Shown one piece after another: positions 47,700 through 56,018 of a DNA stretch of 64,000 bases; positions within the stretch are counted from its first letter, which is position 1; every line of letters begins with the position of its first letter. Below the pieces are notes generated by a model that worked only from the letters and a program-made list of their open reading frames with translations, did no database searches and was not told the DNA's origin. Where the stretch lies: the NCBI GenBank assembly GCA_963737905.1, contig CAVTUQ010000027.1, forward strand, positions 75,635 through 139,634, given 5' to 3'. The position numbers were made by a program, and so were the translations under genes. The DNA is from an uncultured delta proteobacterium. Its GTDB lineage: Bacteria; Desulfobacterota; Binatia; UBA9968.

Positions 47700-48152
47700 C
47701 GGCCGAACCAGTCAAAATCAATCGCCGGCACGTGATAGTCAAAGCAGAAATCAACTCGCGACAATCGCTCAGGTCCGTGGGGGAGCAAAACCTACAGAGT
47801 GAGCCCATTTCAAGAACTTATCGTGAAGTAGGGGAGCCGACTCCTTCCAGAGTCCTTGACTCGGGAATGTCACAAAGAAGGAAGGTTCGTTAAATTCGCC
47901 ACATTCGACTTTGAAGTTTTCGCTGGTCAGCAACAGGGGATATCCAGAGCCCGTCCCATGCGGACGCAAGAGGAAATCGACGCCGCCCAAACTAATAGGC
48001 GTACCGTCACGTATCCCGAGTTGCCTCATGTTTTCCCGAGTCTGGATTAGCTGGCCGAAATCGAGATCTTTTCTCCGCTCTTGATGCAGGTAATAAGCGC
48101 ACTGCAACGTGTCAATCCCGTGGAGTAGTAACTTATGAGAGCCTGTATCCAT
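47700..48152 (-). pseudogene. Truncated Rep_trans-family replication initiator (rolling-circle type)
   Basis: LLLHGIDTL..., FKVECG.FN.PSFFVTF.SQ.LW; after a frameshift near 47780 reads ERLSRVDFCFDY (SRxD motif), then breaks at the AbiEii end. Confidence 0.7.
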
Positions 48153-48189
48153 GTTTGATTCTCAAACCGTCTGCTTACGGCCTGCCCGA

Positions 48190-48660
48190 CTATTTGCCCG
48201 GTCGGGTGCGCGTGCGGCGTTGTTTCGCCGCCCGCGCACCGCGCTCAGCGATCCGGGGCTGAAGTGAGCCTAATGATGCTGGCTTGGAACGGGCATTATC
48301 CTCTTGTTTACGAGGCGCTTTTCCTTCTTCTGATTCTTCTATCTCACCCGTCTCTGTCTCCATTTCCTTGAGGTACTTGTTCACGAGGTCGTCATACCGT
48401 TTCCTATCACCCAACACCTCGTCCGGACCCGTCTCCTCCTCCCCTGAGTAGGGGTTGCTGGGGAATCCTTCAGCCACATCTTCCAAAGCTGTAGCAAGCA
48501 AATCCCCGATAATCTCCGTCTTTGTTTTCTTCGGAAACATTTCACAAAGAGCCGAGATTTTCGCAGTCACGTGCAGCGGAAGCCTAATCGACATTTGTTT
48601 AGGAGTGAGCCGAGTATTGTCCGGCGCGGTCCACACTTTGAGGAGATCTTTAGTTGGCAT
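48190..48660 (-). CDS. Small putative ribbon-helix-helix DNA-binding protein
   Basis: KQMSIRLPLHVTAKISALCEMFPKKTKTEIIGDLLATAL fits an RHH beta-alpha-alpha pattern; GAAGGTG RBS; directly upstream of rep. Confidence 0.6.
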   Translation of the reverse strand: MPTKDLLKVWTAPDNTRLTPKQMSIRLPLHVTAKISALCEMFPKKTKTEIIGDLLATALEDVAEGFPSNPYSGEEETGPDEVLGDRKRYDDLVNKYLKEMETETGEIEESEEGKAPRKQEDNARSKPASLGSLQPRIAERGARAAKQRRTRTRPGK

Positions 48661-48679
48661 ATTTGTTCACCTTCCGCTA

Positions 48680-48720
48680 AATGTCATATCGACATTCGTA
48701 ATTAATGTCAAGTGAATGTT
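48680..48720 (-). promoter_or_regulatory. Promoter with repeated AATGTC/GACATT boxes (candidate RHH operator)
   Basis: Minus-strand TTGACA-17 bp-TATGAC; boxes at 48680, 48691 (inverted), 48704 and 48715 (AATGTT variant). Confidence 0.55.
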
Positions 48721-48852
48721 ACAGGCCGGAAAAAAAATATTGATCCCGGATGCAACACGGCTGTATTGTCCCTTTTTATGGCGCTAGGCTTCCTACAGCT
48801 GCGCCGGTTAACGGTCGGCGTTTAAAGACCAAACAGGGGGCATAGACAACTA

Positions 48853-50043
48853 ATGCCATTACTCGATCTGTGGAATGAATCTCCAGATCAGTTGAAGGAC
48901 AAGCAGATCCAACAACTGATCGCTTTTGCGGGTGCGGGAAAGCTCATCGATGGAAGCAAGTGTTGTGAAGAATTCCGATCTTTTCTCGCAACTGTGCCGT
49001 CAGCAAATCTCACTGGGTATGCAGACCAGTGTCTCAGCCATTCTTTTCCCGATTCAGGGTTAGCACTCCAAGATGTCGTCAACGAGGTTGGGTCGAGAAT
49101 TGGTGCGGATGTTGAGCACGGTCGTTATCGAGGTACTTCAAAGCATTTGGGCTTCGACGGATGGTGGACATTCCCCAATCGGCATTCGATCATTGTTGAG
49201 GTAAAAACGACAGATGCATACCGAATAGATCTGAATACAATTGCTGCTTATCGCAAAGGATTGATTGAAGAAAGTAGCATTTCAGAATCATCTTCTTCCA
49301 TGCTCCTGATCGTAGGACGTCAAGATACAGGAGATATGGAAGCACAAATTCGCGGATCTCGTTATGCTTGGGACATTCGCATAATAAGCGTCGATGCTTT
49401 ACTTCGCCTAATGGCCATAAAGGAAGAGGTCGAAGATCCTCAAATCATTCAGCGTATACACAGCATTCTTATTCCCAGAGAATTTACGCGCCTCGACGAA
49501 ATCGCAGACGTTTTGTTTTCTGCTGCGGAAGACATTAAGCAGGAGACAGTCGAAGCAGCAGAAGGAGAAGAGGAAGTTACAGATACAAACAAGACGAAGC
49601 AGCCAAAATTCACCCCGGTAGCATTCCACGATGCTTGTATGGCAAGGGTTCAATCTGTTCTCGGTGAAACACTAGTCAAGCGCTCTCGGGCCAACTATTC
49701 ATCTCCGGATAAATCTATCGTTGTCAATTGCGCTGTCTCGAAGGAACACAATCCAGAAACCAATCCAAACTACTGGTTCGCATTCCACCCTCATCAAAGG
49801 GAATCCTTGCAAAGTAGCTCGAAGTCATACGTTGTGTTTGGTTGCGGAAGCAGTAAGCGCATTTTATTAATCCCATTCTCAGATTTTCAGTCATGGCTTA
49901 ACGGTATGTGGATCACACAAAGAGAAGATTCGTACTATTGGCATGTCGTAATTTATAGAGCAGGCGAAAAGTACTCCCTTCACAGGAAGAAAGGGGAGAA
50001 GAATATTGATGTAACGAAATACCTACTGCCAGAAAATGTATAA
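48853..50043 (+). CDS. PD-(D/E)XK (Mrr-like) nuclease-domain protein with an unassigned C-terminal domain
   Basis: GFDGWW...IIVEVKTT catalytic pattern preceded by LQDVVNE.G; acidic linker; AT-richer codons. Confidence 0.7.
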   Translation: MPLLDLWNESPDQLKDKQIQQLIAFAGAGKLIDGSKCCEEFRSFLATVPSANLTGYADQCLSHSFPDSGLALQDVVNEVGSRIGADVEHGRYRGTSKHLGFDGWWTFPNRHSIIVEVKTTDAYRIDLNTIAAYRKGLIEESSISESSSSMLLIVGRQDTGDMEAQIRGSRYAWDIRIISVDALLRLMAIKEEVEDPQIIQRIHSILIPREFTRLDEIADVLFSAAEDIKQETVEAAEGEEEVTDTNKTKQPKFTPVAFHDACMARVQSVLGETLVKRSRANYSSPDKSIVVNCAVSKEHNPETNPNYWFAFHPHQRESLQSSSKSYVVFGCGSSKRILLIPFSDFQSWLNGMWITQREDSYYWHVVIYRAGEKYSLHRKKGEKNIDVTKYLLPENV

Positions 50044-50141
50044 TAAAAACGCAACGTAACAGCTCGACGAAAGACCGGCGGCCGGTATGTCGGAGTTGTT
50101 TACCTGCTGTACGAAGTGCGGAGATTGACAGAGGAGAAAAT

Positions 50142-50819
50142 ATGGCTGAACAGAAAAAGAGTTTTCCTATGCTGCCCATTGCCCACTGGTGGGCTTTGCG
50201 AAAGAAGTTCAAGCAGAGCATACCTGGGGTTGTAACAGATAATTATCTTGCCACAGTACTCGAAATGGGAGTCAACTCTGCACGTGCGAACGTTCTGCCA
50301 TACTTAAAGAGTCTTGGAATCATTGACGATGAGGGGAAAACGGTCGATAGGGCAAGGCAGTGGAGGGACGATGAGCACTACGCTGAGGTCTGTAAAGCAA
50401 TGGTCAAAGAGGTCTATCCAAAGGACCTATTAGAGGCGGTTCCAAATCCGGATCACGAGCGCACTAAGGCCGAGCGTTGGTTCGCTAATCACACCGGTGC
50501 AGGAGATAATGCTGTAAAACGCATGGCAGCTCTCTACGCTGTAATGGTTAAAGCGGACACATCCCATCAGCCTGACCAAGAAAAGGCTCGAACTCGAAAT
50601 AGGGACAAAGAACCAGCGAAGACCAAGCCGAGCAAGAACGCTACCAGTACCGTTCCTCCTGTAGAATCCGGTACTCAACGAGATTCAACCAACCTGTCAC
50701 GACAACAAGCGCCAGGAATCAACATTAACCTAGAAATTCACATCTCAGCTGATGCCACCTCCGACCAGATAGATCAGATCTTCGAAAGCATGGCAAAACA
50801 CATCTATAGGCATTCCTGA
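50142..50819 (+). CDS. DUF5343-like protein
   Basis: IPGVVTDNYL...LPYLKSLGIIDDEG.T; low-complexity linker; C-terminal ININLEIHI...IDQIFESM; AGAGGAG RBS. Confidence 0.7.
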   Translation: MAEQKKSFPMLPIAHWWALRKKFKQSIPGVVTDNYLATVLEMGVNSARANVLPYLKSLGIIDDEGKTVDRARQWRDDEHYAEVCKAMVKEVYPKDLLEAVPNPDHERTKAERWFANHTGAGDNAVKRMAALYAVMVKADTSHQPDQEKARTRNRDKEPAKTKPSKNATSTVPPVESGTQRDSTNLSRQQAPGININLEIHISADATSDQIDQIFESMAKHIYRHS

Positions 50820-50823
50820 ATAA

Positions 50824-51342
50824 ATGTCTGCAAATGGTCGATATGCACTAGAGCTTGCCAAGAGGCTGAAAGCGGAGGCACCAAAAACGTTTGTTCCTCC
50901 CTCAGAAGGCACCAGACCCACAAATGAATTCATTCTTCCGCACGCCCTTGTACGTAAGACAAGGGGTTATATCGAAAGGGTCGTATTTCAAATAAACGGT
51001 TCCTACGAAAAGGGTTGGTTCGATGGTTGCGCGGTCATGATGCGTCGCCTGATCGAAACGTTGATAATCGAATGTTTCGAGAAATATACAATTGCTGACA
51101 AGATCAAGAATCCGAAAACCGGAGACTTCCTCGCTTTAGGGGATCTCATCGAAAAAATGATTCAAGAGACAAGCTGGAACCTTGGAAGAAACACAAAACA
51201 GGCGTTACCCCGACTTAAGAATATCGGCGACCAGTCTGCACACAGCCGAAGATATAACGCACACCGCGAGGACATCGATAAGATATCTCATGATTTTCGA
51301 GTGGTTTGCCAGGAGCTCATCTACATTGCTGCTCTGAAATAG
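50824..51342 (+). CDS. HEPN/DUF4145-like protein
   Basis: INGSYEKGWFDGCAVMMRRLIETLII; LKNIGDQSAHSR (Rx4H-like site); starts 4 bp after the DUF5343-like stop. Confidence 0.7.
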   Translation: MSANGRYALELAKRLKAEAPKTFVPPSEGTRPTNEFILPHALVRKTRGYIERVVFQINGSYEKGWFDGCAVMMRRLIETLIIECFEKYTIADKIKNPKTGDFLALGDLIEKMIQETSWNLGRNTKQALPRLKNIGDQSAHSRRYNAHREDIDKISHDFRVVCQELIYIAALK

Positions 51343-51515
51343 GCAACTAACCGGCGCCGGCTACTCCGCCAGATAGAGGGATTAAACCTCGAGTCTTCAG
51401 GTCTTATCACGCACATCGCGCTGCTGAATCTCCCAAATTCTTTTTTAACCGCCCGGTAGCTCGCGGGATTAGTACCGCCAATTCACTTTCCACTCACTTC
51501 TTGATCGTATTTTGC

Positions 51516-51543
51516 ACCCCCCGTGTTACTGAAAACGGGGGGC
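51516..51543 (-). other. Candidate rolling-circle origin/nick hairpin (Rep_trans/MOBT type)
   Basis: Minus strand GCCCCCCGTTTTCAGTAACACGGGGGGT: 8-bp GC stem with TAAC in the loop, resembling the C-run...TAACA...G-run nic hairpin of ICEBs1-type relaxases. Confidence 0.6.
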
Positions 51544-51554
51544 TTGGGCGTAGT

Positions 51555-51770
51555 CTAATGAAATGTCAATCTATGTTGGAGAGGAAAATCGAATCCCGAC
51601 TCCGGATCACAAGTCTCACAAAAGATGAGGTATCCATGGCCCTTTGGGTGCAGGCACAAAGTGACGGTGTGACCATTGGCGACGTGCCGCTTAATGAATT
51701 CACCGAACGACTCCAACACGAAATCTAACTCGCGGTTTCTTTTGTCATGCTTAACTTTTATCTGACTCAT
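51555..51770 (-). CDS. Small hypothetical protein (71 aa) with a CxxC motif
   Basis: AAAGGAAAG RBS; CLH...H..FCETC. Confidence 0.5.
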   Translation of the reverse strand: MSQIKVKHDKRNRELDFVLESFGEFIKRHVANGHTVTLCLHPKGHGYLIFCETCDPESGFDFPLQHRLTFH

Positions 51771-51869
51771 AAGGGCTTTCCTTTCATTCTGTCGTACTTC
51801 GCTGCGGAATTTGTGATGAAGGGAAGATGCACTTCCCAGTGCCCAATATTGGCAGGTCTGGGGAGCCAG

Positions 51870-51950
51870 TTTAGACGAGAAAGCCCTTCGGCAATATGTC
51901 GAAGGGCTTTCTGTATTTTGGAACTACAGTTAATCGCTCGCTAGACCAAG
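51870..51950 (-). pseudogene. Second recombinase 3' remnant (older tandem element) abutting the right att repeat
   Basis: Reads WSSERLTVVPKYRKPFDI(fs)EGLSRLNWLP, homologous to WKDGTLIPNYRKPFDIL...GLSEIWLP of the first remnant. Confidence 0.6.
51878..51919 (+). terminator. Terminator-like hairpin immediately after the right att repeat
   Basis: AGAAAGCCCTTCG-gcaatatgt-CGAAGGGCTTTCT followed by GTATTTT. Confidence 0.7.
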
Positions 51951-52168
51951 ACGGTGTCTTACCGTCTAGATTAGCCTTGCCATTCTCCCAAATAGCTGTT
52001 GTCACAACGCTGTCACCCAAGCGTTTCGGGTCGCATTCAGCTTAAAACCTATCCGATCAGTTCAATCCTGGGGTGAAATCATGCAGTAAGCTGTTGAACA
52101 GTTGCGTGTGCCAGGACTATGATACCTGCTAAAATCTCCATTATTACAAGCGTGTGAGGAGGTGATCC

Positions 52169-53035
52169 ATGGTTACCACGGCACAATACAAGAGTGGCGA
52201 AATCATCATCTGTGAAAACGACCAGGGTGAGACAGCGTATGTCATCGAGAGTGGTCGAGTTGAAGTGACCAAGGACCTGCAAGGCAAAAACATTCACCTT
52301 ACGTACCTTTACCCGGGCGAAACCTTCGGCGAAATGAGCATGATAGACGACAAGCCACGTAGTGCAACCGTAACGGCAGCCGAAGACACAGAGGTGCGTG
52401 TTATTCCGCGAGATCAATTTTTAGAGACGCTCAACAGCAATCCCGAGGTGGCCCTGAAGCTGCTCAAAACGGTTTTCGAGAGACTCCGCGAAGCCATTGC
52501 CATGATTGCGCACTTGCAGAAGGATGATACCACTGTCACTTCGGTGCCGGAGCTGGAACTCCCCGATTTCCTGGTCAGAGCAGGCACGGTTGTGCTGAAC
52601 GGGACCACGCCACAAGCGGCTCAAGCCTTGCCCCAAAACCCATTGCCCATCAAAAAGTTCCCGTTTCGAATTGGCAGGGAGGAAAGTAACGATCCCCTGG
52701 CCCACAACGATTTGAACATACCCGACTCGGTACCGTTCCAGGTTTCGAGACACCACGTGACACTGGTGAACCACGGTGGGCATATCGGTGTCATGGACCG
52801 GGGTAGCACGCTGGGTGCCATCGTTGATGGTCAACTGCTGGGTGGGAAGCATGGTGACCCAGGTCTCGTATTTCTAGGAGCCGCTGGTGGCACGCTTATT
52901 CTGGGGACCGAGGAGTCGCCTTTCAGGTTTCAACTCACTGTGGGAAGAGAACGGGATGTGTCGTCTGATTGGCAACCACCTTCACCATCGGAGAACCGCT
53001 CCGTCCTCAAAAAACTGTTCGAGAGGTGGGGATGA
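52169..53035 (+). CDS. Cyclic-nucleotide-binding domain + FHA domain protein
   Basis: GETAYVIESGRVEV, GETFGEMS.IDDKPRSATV; FRIGR, VSRHH, DRGSTLG; AGGAGG RBS. Confidence 0.88.
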   Translation: MVTTAQYKSGEIIICENDQGETAYVIESGRVEVTKDLQGKNIHLTYLYPGETFGEMSMIDDKPRSATVTAAEDTEVRVIPRDQFLETLNSNPEVALKLLKTVFERLREAIAMIAHLQKDDTTVTSVPELELPDFLVRAGTVVLNGTTPQAAQALPQNPLPIKKFPFRIGREESNDPLAHNDLNIPDSVPFQVSRHHVTLVNHGGHIGVMDRGSTLGAIVDGQLLGGKHGDPGLVFLGAAGGTLILGTEESPFRFQLTVGRERDVSSDWQPPSPSENRSVLKKLFERWG

Positions 53036-53166
53036 GGTTAGGTTGCACGGTAGAGAAGGCGAAGAACAGCTGCTTATAAAGATGCGGTGGTAGGGGGGCG
53101 TAAGATTGGATTGGATTGTATTCTCCTACGACTTAATCGTATGAGACGCGACTGATGCGTTCAGTT

Positions 53167-53401
53167 TTATCCAGGGAATCGAGCGAGTCTGATGGCTTGT
53201 TCAATCAGTGGTACTGCATCGGGACAATATTGCATGGCCACAAGAAGGAGCATCGCTGTTTCGTATATTACACAGAACGAGAATAGTATTTGCCCCAGTC
53301 TTGACGGCATTTTTCAGCCTGAAATATACGAATGAAATTTCGCTCGCATCCTTGAGTAGGGCATCGTATTGTTCGGAAGAAAGCTCAATTAATGGTTTCA
53401 C
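53167..53401 (-). CDS. Small hypothetical protein; frameshift near 53265
   Basis: VKPLIELSSEQYDALL...ILVLCN then ETAMLLLVAMQYCPDAVPLIEQAI in a second frame. Confidence 0.4.
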
Positions 53402-53566
53402 GGCAATTTTTGACGCTTCCAGTGACCACAACACCGGTTGTCTCCAGGCGAGCTGATCGGACATCAATTCTGAAGCAAAACTTATTCCATGAAAGATCTT
53501 TCGGCTTTCTATCCAAATCTTGGTCTCGATCTATTTTTTGAACAACTGTAAAGCAACTGCGAAGCA

Positions 53567-55003
53567 ATGCCGCGCCTCGCATCTGACCGGGCTCATTCAT
53601 ACGATGTCGTGGTGATCGGCTCCGGACCGAATGGTCTTTCGGCCGCGATTACCATGGCACAAGTTGGCAAATCCGTCGTCGTGTACGAAGCCCAGAACAA
53701 AATCGGCGGCGGTGCGCGCTCTGCGGAGCTGACCCTCCCGGGCTTCATTCACGACATTTGTTCCTCAGTATATCCGCTGGCCATCGGGTCGCCTTTCTTT
53801 CGATCGCTTCCGCTAGCAGAGCACGGTCTGGAATGGATTCAACCTCCGGCGGCGGCTGCCCATCCATTCGATGACGGGACAGCGGTGACCCTAGAACGTT
53901 CGGTGGAAGCGACAGCGACTCAACTGGGTCCGGATGAGGAATCCTATAGGGAGCTCATGGGTCCTCTGGTTGCGGGTTGGAATGGTTTAGACGCCGATCT
54001 GCTGGGGCCTGTTCGCGTGCCGCGGCATCCTTTGAGATTGGCACGATTTGGCTTGGCGGGTATTCAGCCTGCGCGCCGGCTGGCTGAGAAACGATTTCGC
54101 GGAGAACGAGCCAAGGGATTGTTCGCGGGCATGGCGGCTCACTCCATGTTGCCCCTGGAGCATTGGGGCTCAGCCGCATTCGGTCTCGTCCTCGCCATAG
54201 CCGGACATGCGGTCGGTTGGCCAATTGCGCGCGGCGGCGCCCAGAAGCTGTCGGACGCATTGGCCGCGCACTTGCTGAGCCTCGGTGGCCAAATAGTCCG
54301 AGACTGTAGGGTGCGCAGCCTGGACGACCTGCCTTCCGCTCGTGTAGTTCTTTGCGATGTAACGCCACGCCAATTAATTGAGATCGCTGGAGAGCGCCTT
54401 TCTCGGTCTTATCGCAAAAGGCTAAAAGGATATCGATACGGCCTGGGCGCTTTCAAGATGGATTGGGCGCTTTCGGGCCCAGTACCCTGGACATCCGCCG
54501 CATGCAAACGCGCGGCAACCATCCACCTCGGCGGGACATTGGAAGAAATCGCCTGGTCCGAACGCTCCGCCTGGCGCGGAGAGCATGTCGAACGGCCATT
54601 CGTGCTTCTGGCTCAGCCGTCGCTCTTCGATTCTTCACGGGCGCTCGCAACCAAGCATACTTTGTGGGGCTATTGTCACGTGCCACATGGCTCGACAGCG
54701 AATATGGCAGCGAAAATCGAAAATCAGATCGAGCGCTTCGCTCCGGGATTTAAAGATTTGATAGTGGGACGTAACCTTATGCCGCCAGAGAAACTTGAAG
54801 AGCACAATGCAAATCTGGTCGGCGGCGATATCAACGGCGGCGCTGCCGATTTGCGGCAGCTTTTTTTCCGGCCCACGCTTAAGACCTACGGGACTTCAAT
54901 GAAAGGGCTGTACCTTTGCTCGGCCTCCACTCCCCCCGGAGGCGGCGTGCATGGAATGTGCGGCCATTTTGCAGCCCGCAGAGCACTCAAGGAGATGTTT
55001 TAG
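53567..55003 (+). CDS. Phytoene desaturase-family FAD-dependent oxidoreductase
   Basis: VVIGSGPNGL.AA, HDICS, GGDINGG, LYLCSASTPPGGGVHGMCG. Confidence 0.92.
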   Translation: MPRLASDRAHSYDVVVIGSGPNGLSAAITMAQVGKSVVVYEAQNKIGGGARSAELTLPGFIHDICSSVYPLAIGSPFFRSLPLAEHGLEWIQPPAAAAHPFDDGTAVTLERSVEATATQLGPDEESYRELMGPLVAGWNGLDADLLGPVRVPRHPLRLARFGLAGIQPARRLAEKRFRGERAKGLFAGMAAHSMLPLEHWGSAAFGLVLAIAGHAVGWPIARGGAQKLSDALAAHLLSLGGQIVRDCRVRSLDDLPSARVVLCDVTPRQLIEIAGERLSRSYRKRLKGYRYGLGAFKMDWALSGPVPWTSAACKRAATIHLGGTLEEIAWSERSAWRGEHVERPFVLLAQPSLFDSSRALATKHTLWGYCHVPHGSTANMAAKIENQIERFAPGFKDLIVGRNLMPPEKLEEHNANLVGGDINGGAADLRQLFFRPTLKTYGTSMKGLYLCSASTPPGGGVHGMCGHFAARRALKEMF

Positions 55004-55176
55004 AGATTTTATTGAAATTGTCACAGTCGGCTCTTCCTTGTTATCGCCAACGAGAGTCAATCTCGCCGCGCTGAGGCGCGTCTCGCGCGTCGATCAAGTC
55101 GCCGGCAAAAAGGTCGGACCATAAATTTCCCGTTTTGGATATTGTTTAGAGTCGTTTTGATGTTTAGGCTATTAGG

Positions 55177-55938
55177 ATGACAGATGATAGAAGAAGCTTC
55201 GACAAGGCATCCAGCGTTGCACCACGGCGACGAGACCGCAAGGTCGCTATACTGAAGGGTTTGGCCATACTGCTAGCGCTCTTCGCATTGCCCGGGCTCT
55301 GGAGCTGGACCCCGCTCCATCATTGGATCAATCTTAATACGGTTATCGAATGGCAACAGTCCGTAAGAAACTATCCAGCAGCATTCTATCTTGTCGTCGG
55401 CGCCTATGTGTTGGGTAGTCTAGTTTTATTTCCCGTCACGATTCTCAATATCGCAACGGTGTTCACGTTCGGACCTGTCTTGGGCAACCTTTATGGCCTG
55501 GCGGGCTGGCTCGCCAGCGCGGCAATGGGATATGGCATCGGGCGCGCGATCGGCCAAAAAATCATGCAAAAACTGGCACGCAGGTGGCTTGATCGTCTGA
55601 TTCGACCGGCCGGAACGCATGGCTTTTTAACCGTTTTGACGCTGCGGGTCTTTCCTGTGGCTCCGTTCACTCTAGTCAATGTTTTTGTCGGCGCATGGGG
55701 GATTCGGTTTCGAGATTTTTTTCTGGCGAGCGTAATCGGCAGAATTCCAGGAATTATCTTATTGGCGCTCCTGGGTGTCCAGGTCGAAAGCTTTTTTCGC
55801 CAGCCCGGCATGATCGCGGTCGCTTTGTTGGGGCTCACGTTGATCCTGATCCCGCTCGCCTTCGGCCGGTTATCCAAGCGTTTGCTGTCGGGTGACCTGC
55901 GCCGAAGCGATTTTCTCAAATCTTCGGTGAAATCATAA
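55177..55938 (+). CDS. TVP38/TMEM64 (VTT/DedA superfamily) membrane protein
   Basis: FGPVLG..Y..G, LRVFPVAPFTLVN, G.IPG. Confidence 0.88.
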   Translation: MTDDRRSFDKASSVAPRRRDRKVAILKGLAILLALFALPGLWSWTPLHHWINLNTVIEWQQSVRNYPAAFYLVVGAYVLGSLVLFPVTILNIATVFTFGPVLGNLYGLAGWLASAAMGYGIGRAIGQKIMQKLARRWLDRLIRPAGTHGFLTVLTLRVFPVAPFTLVNVFVGAWGIRFRDFFLASVIGRIPGIILLALLGVQVESFFRQPGMIAVALLGLTLILIPLAFGRLSKRLLSGDLRRSDFLKSSVKS

Positions 55939-56018
55939 GTAGTCGCGAATGGGGAAAAACAACTCTTCGTAGGTTATCTTCCTCGCATCGCTGGTGCCGG
56001 CGTAAACAATCTAACAAT

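Larger units (their letters stand above)
45531..51869. mobile_element. Degenerate integrative element at the tRNA-Asn 3' end, bounded by 10-bp direct repeats GGGGAGCCAG
   Basis: Repeat at 45531-45540 and 51860-51869; contains recombinase and Rep remnants, AbiE TA and AT-richer cargo. Confidence 0.8.

Noticed and set aside
51357-51366. CCGGCTACTC resembling a pT181-type nick arm
   Set aside because: The complementary arm is missing
51452-51462. 11-bp match CCCGGTAGCTC to the tRNA-Asn 5' end
   Set aside because: Geometry does not fit 3'-end integration, and the GGGGAGCCAG repeat explains the boundary better; probably chance
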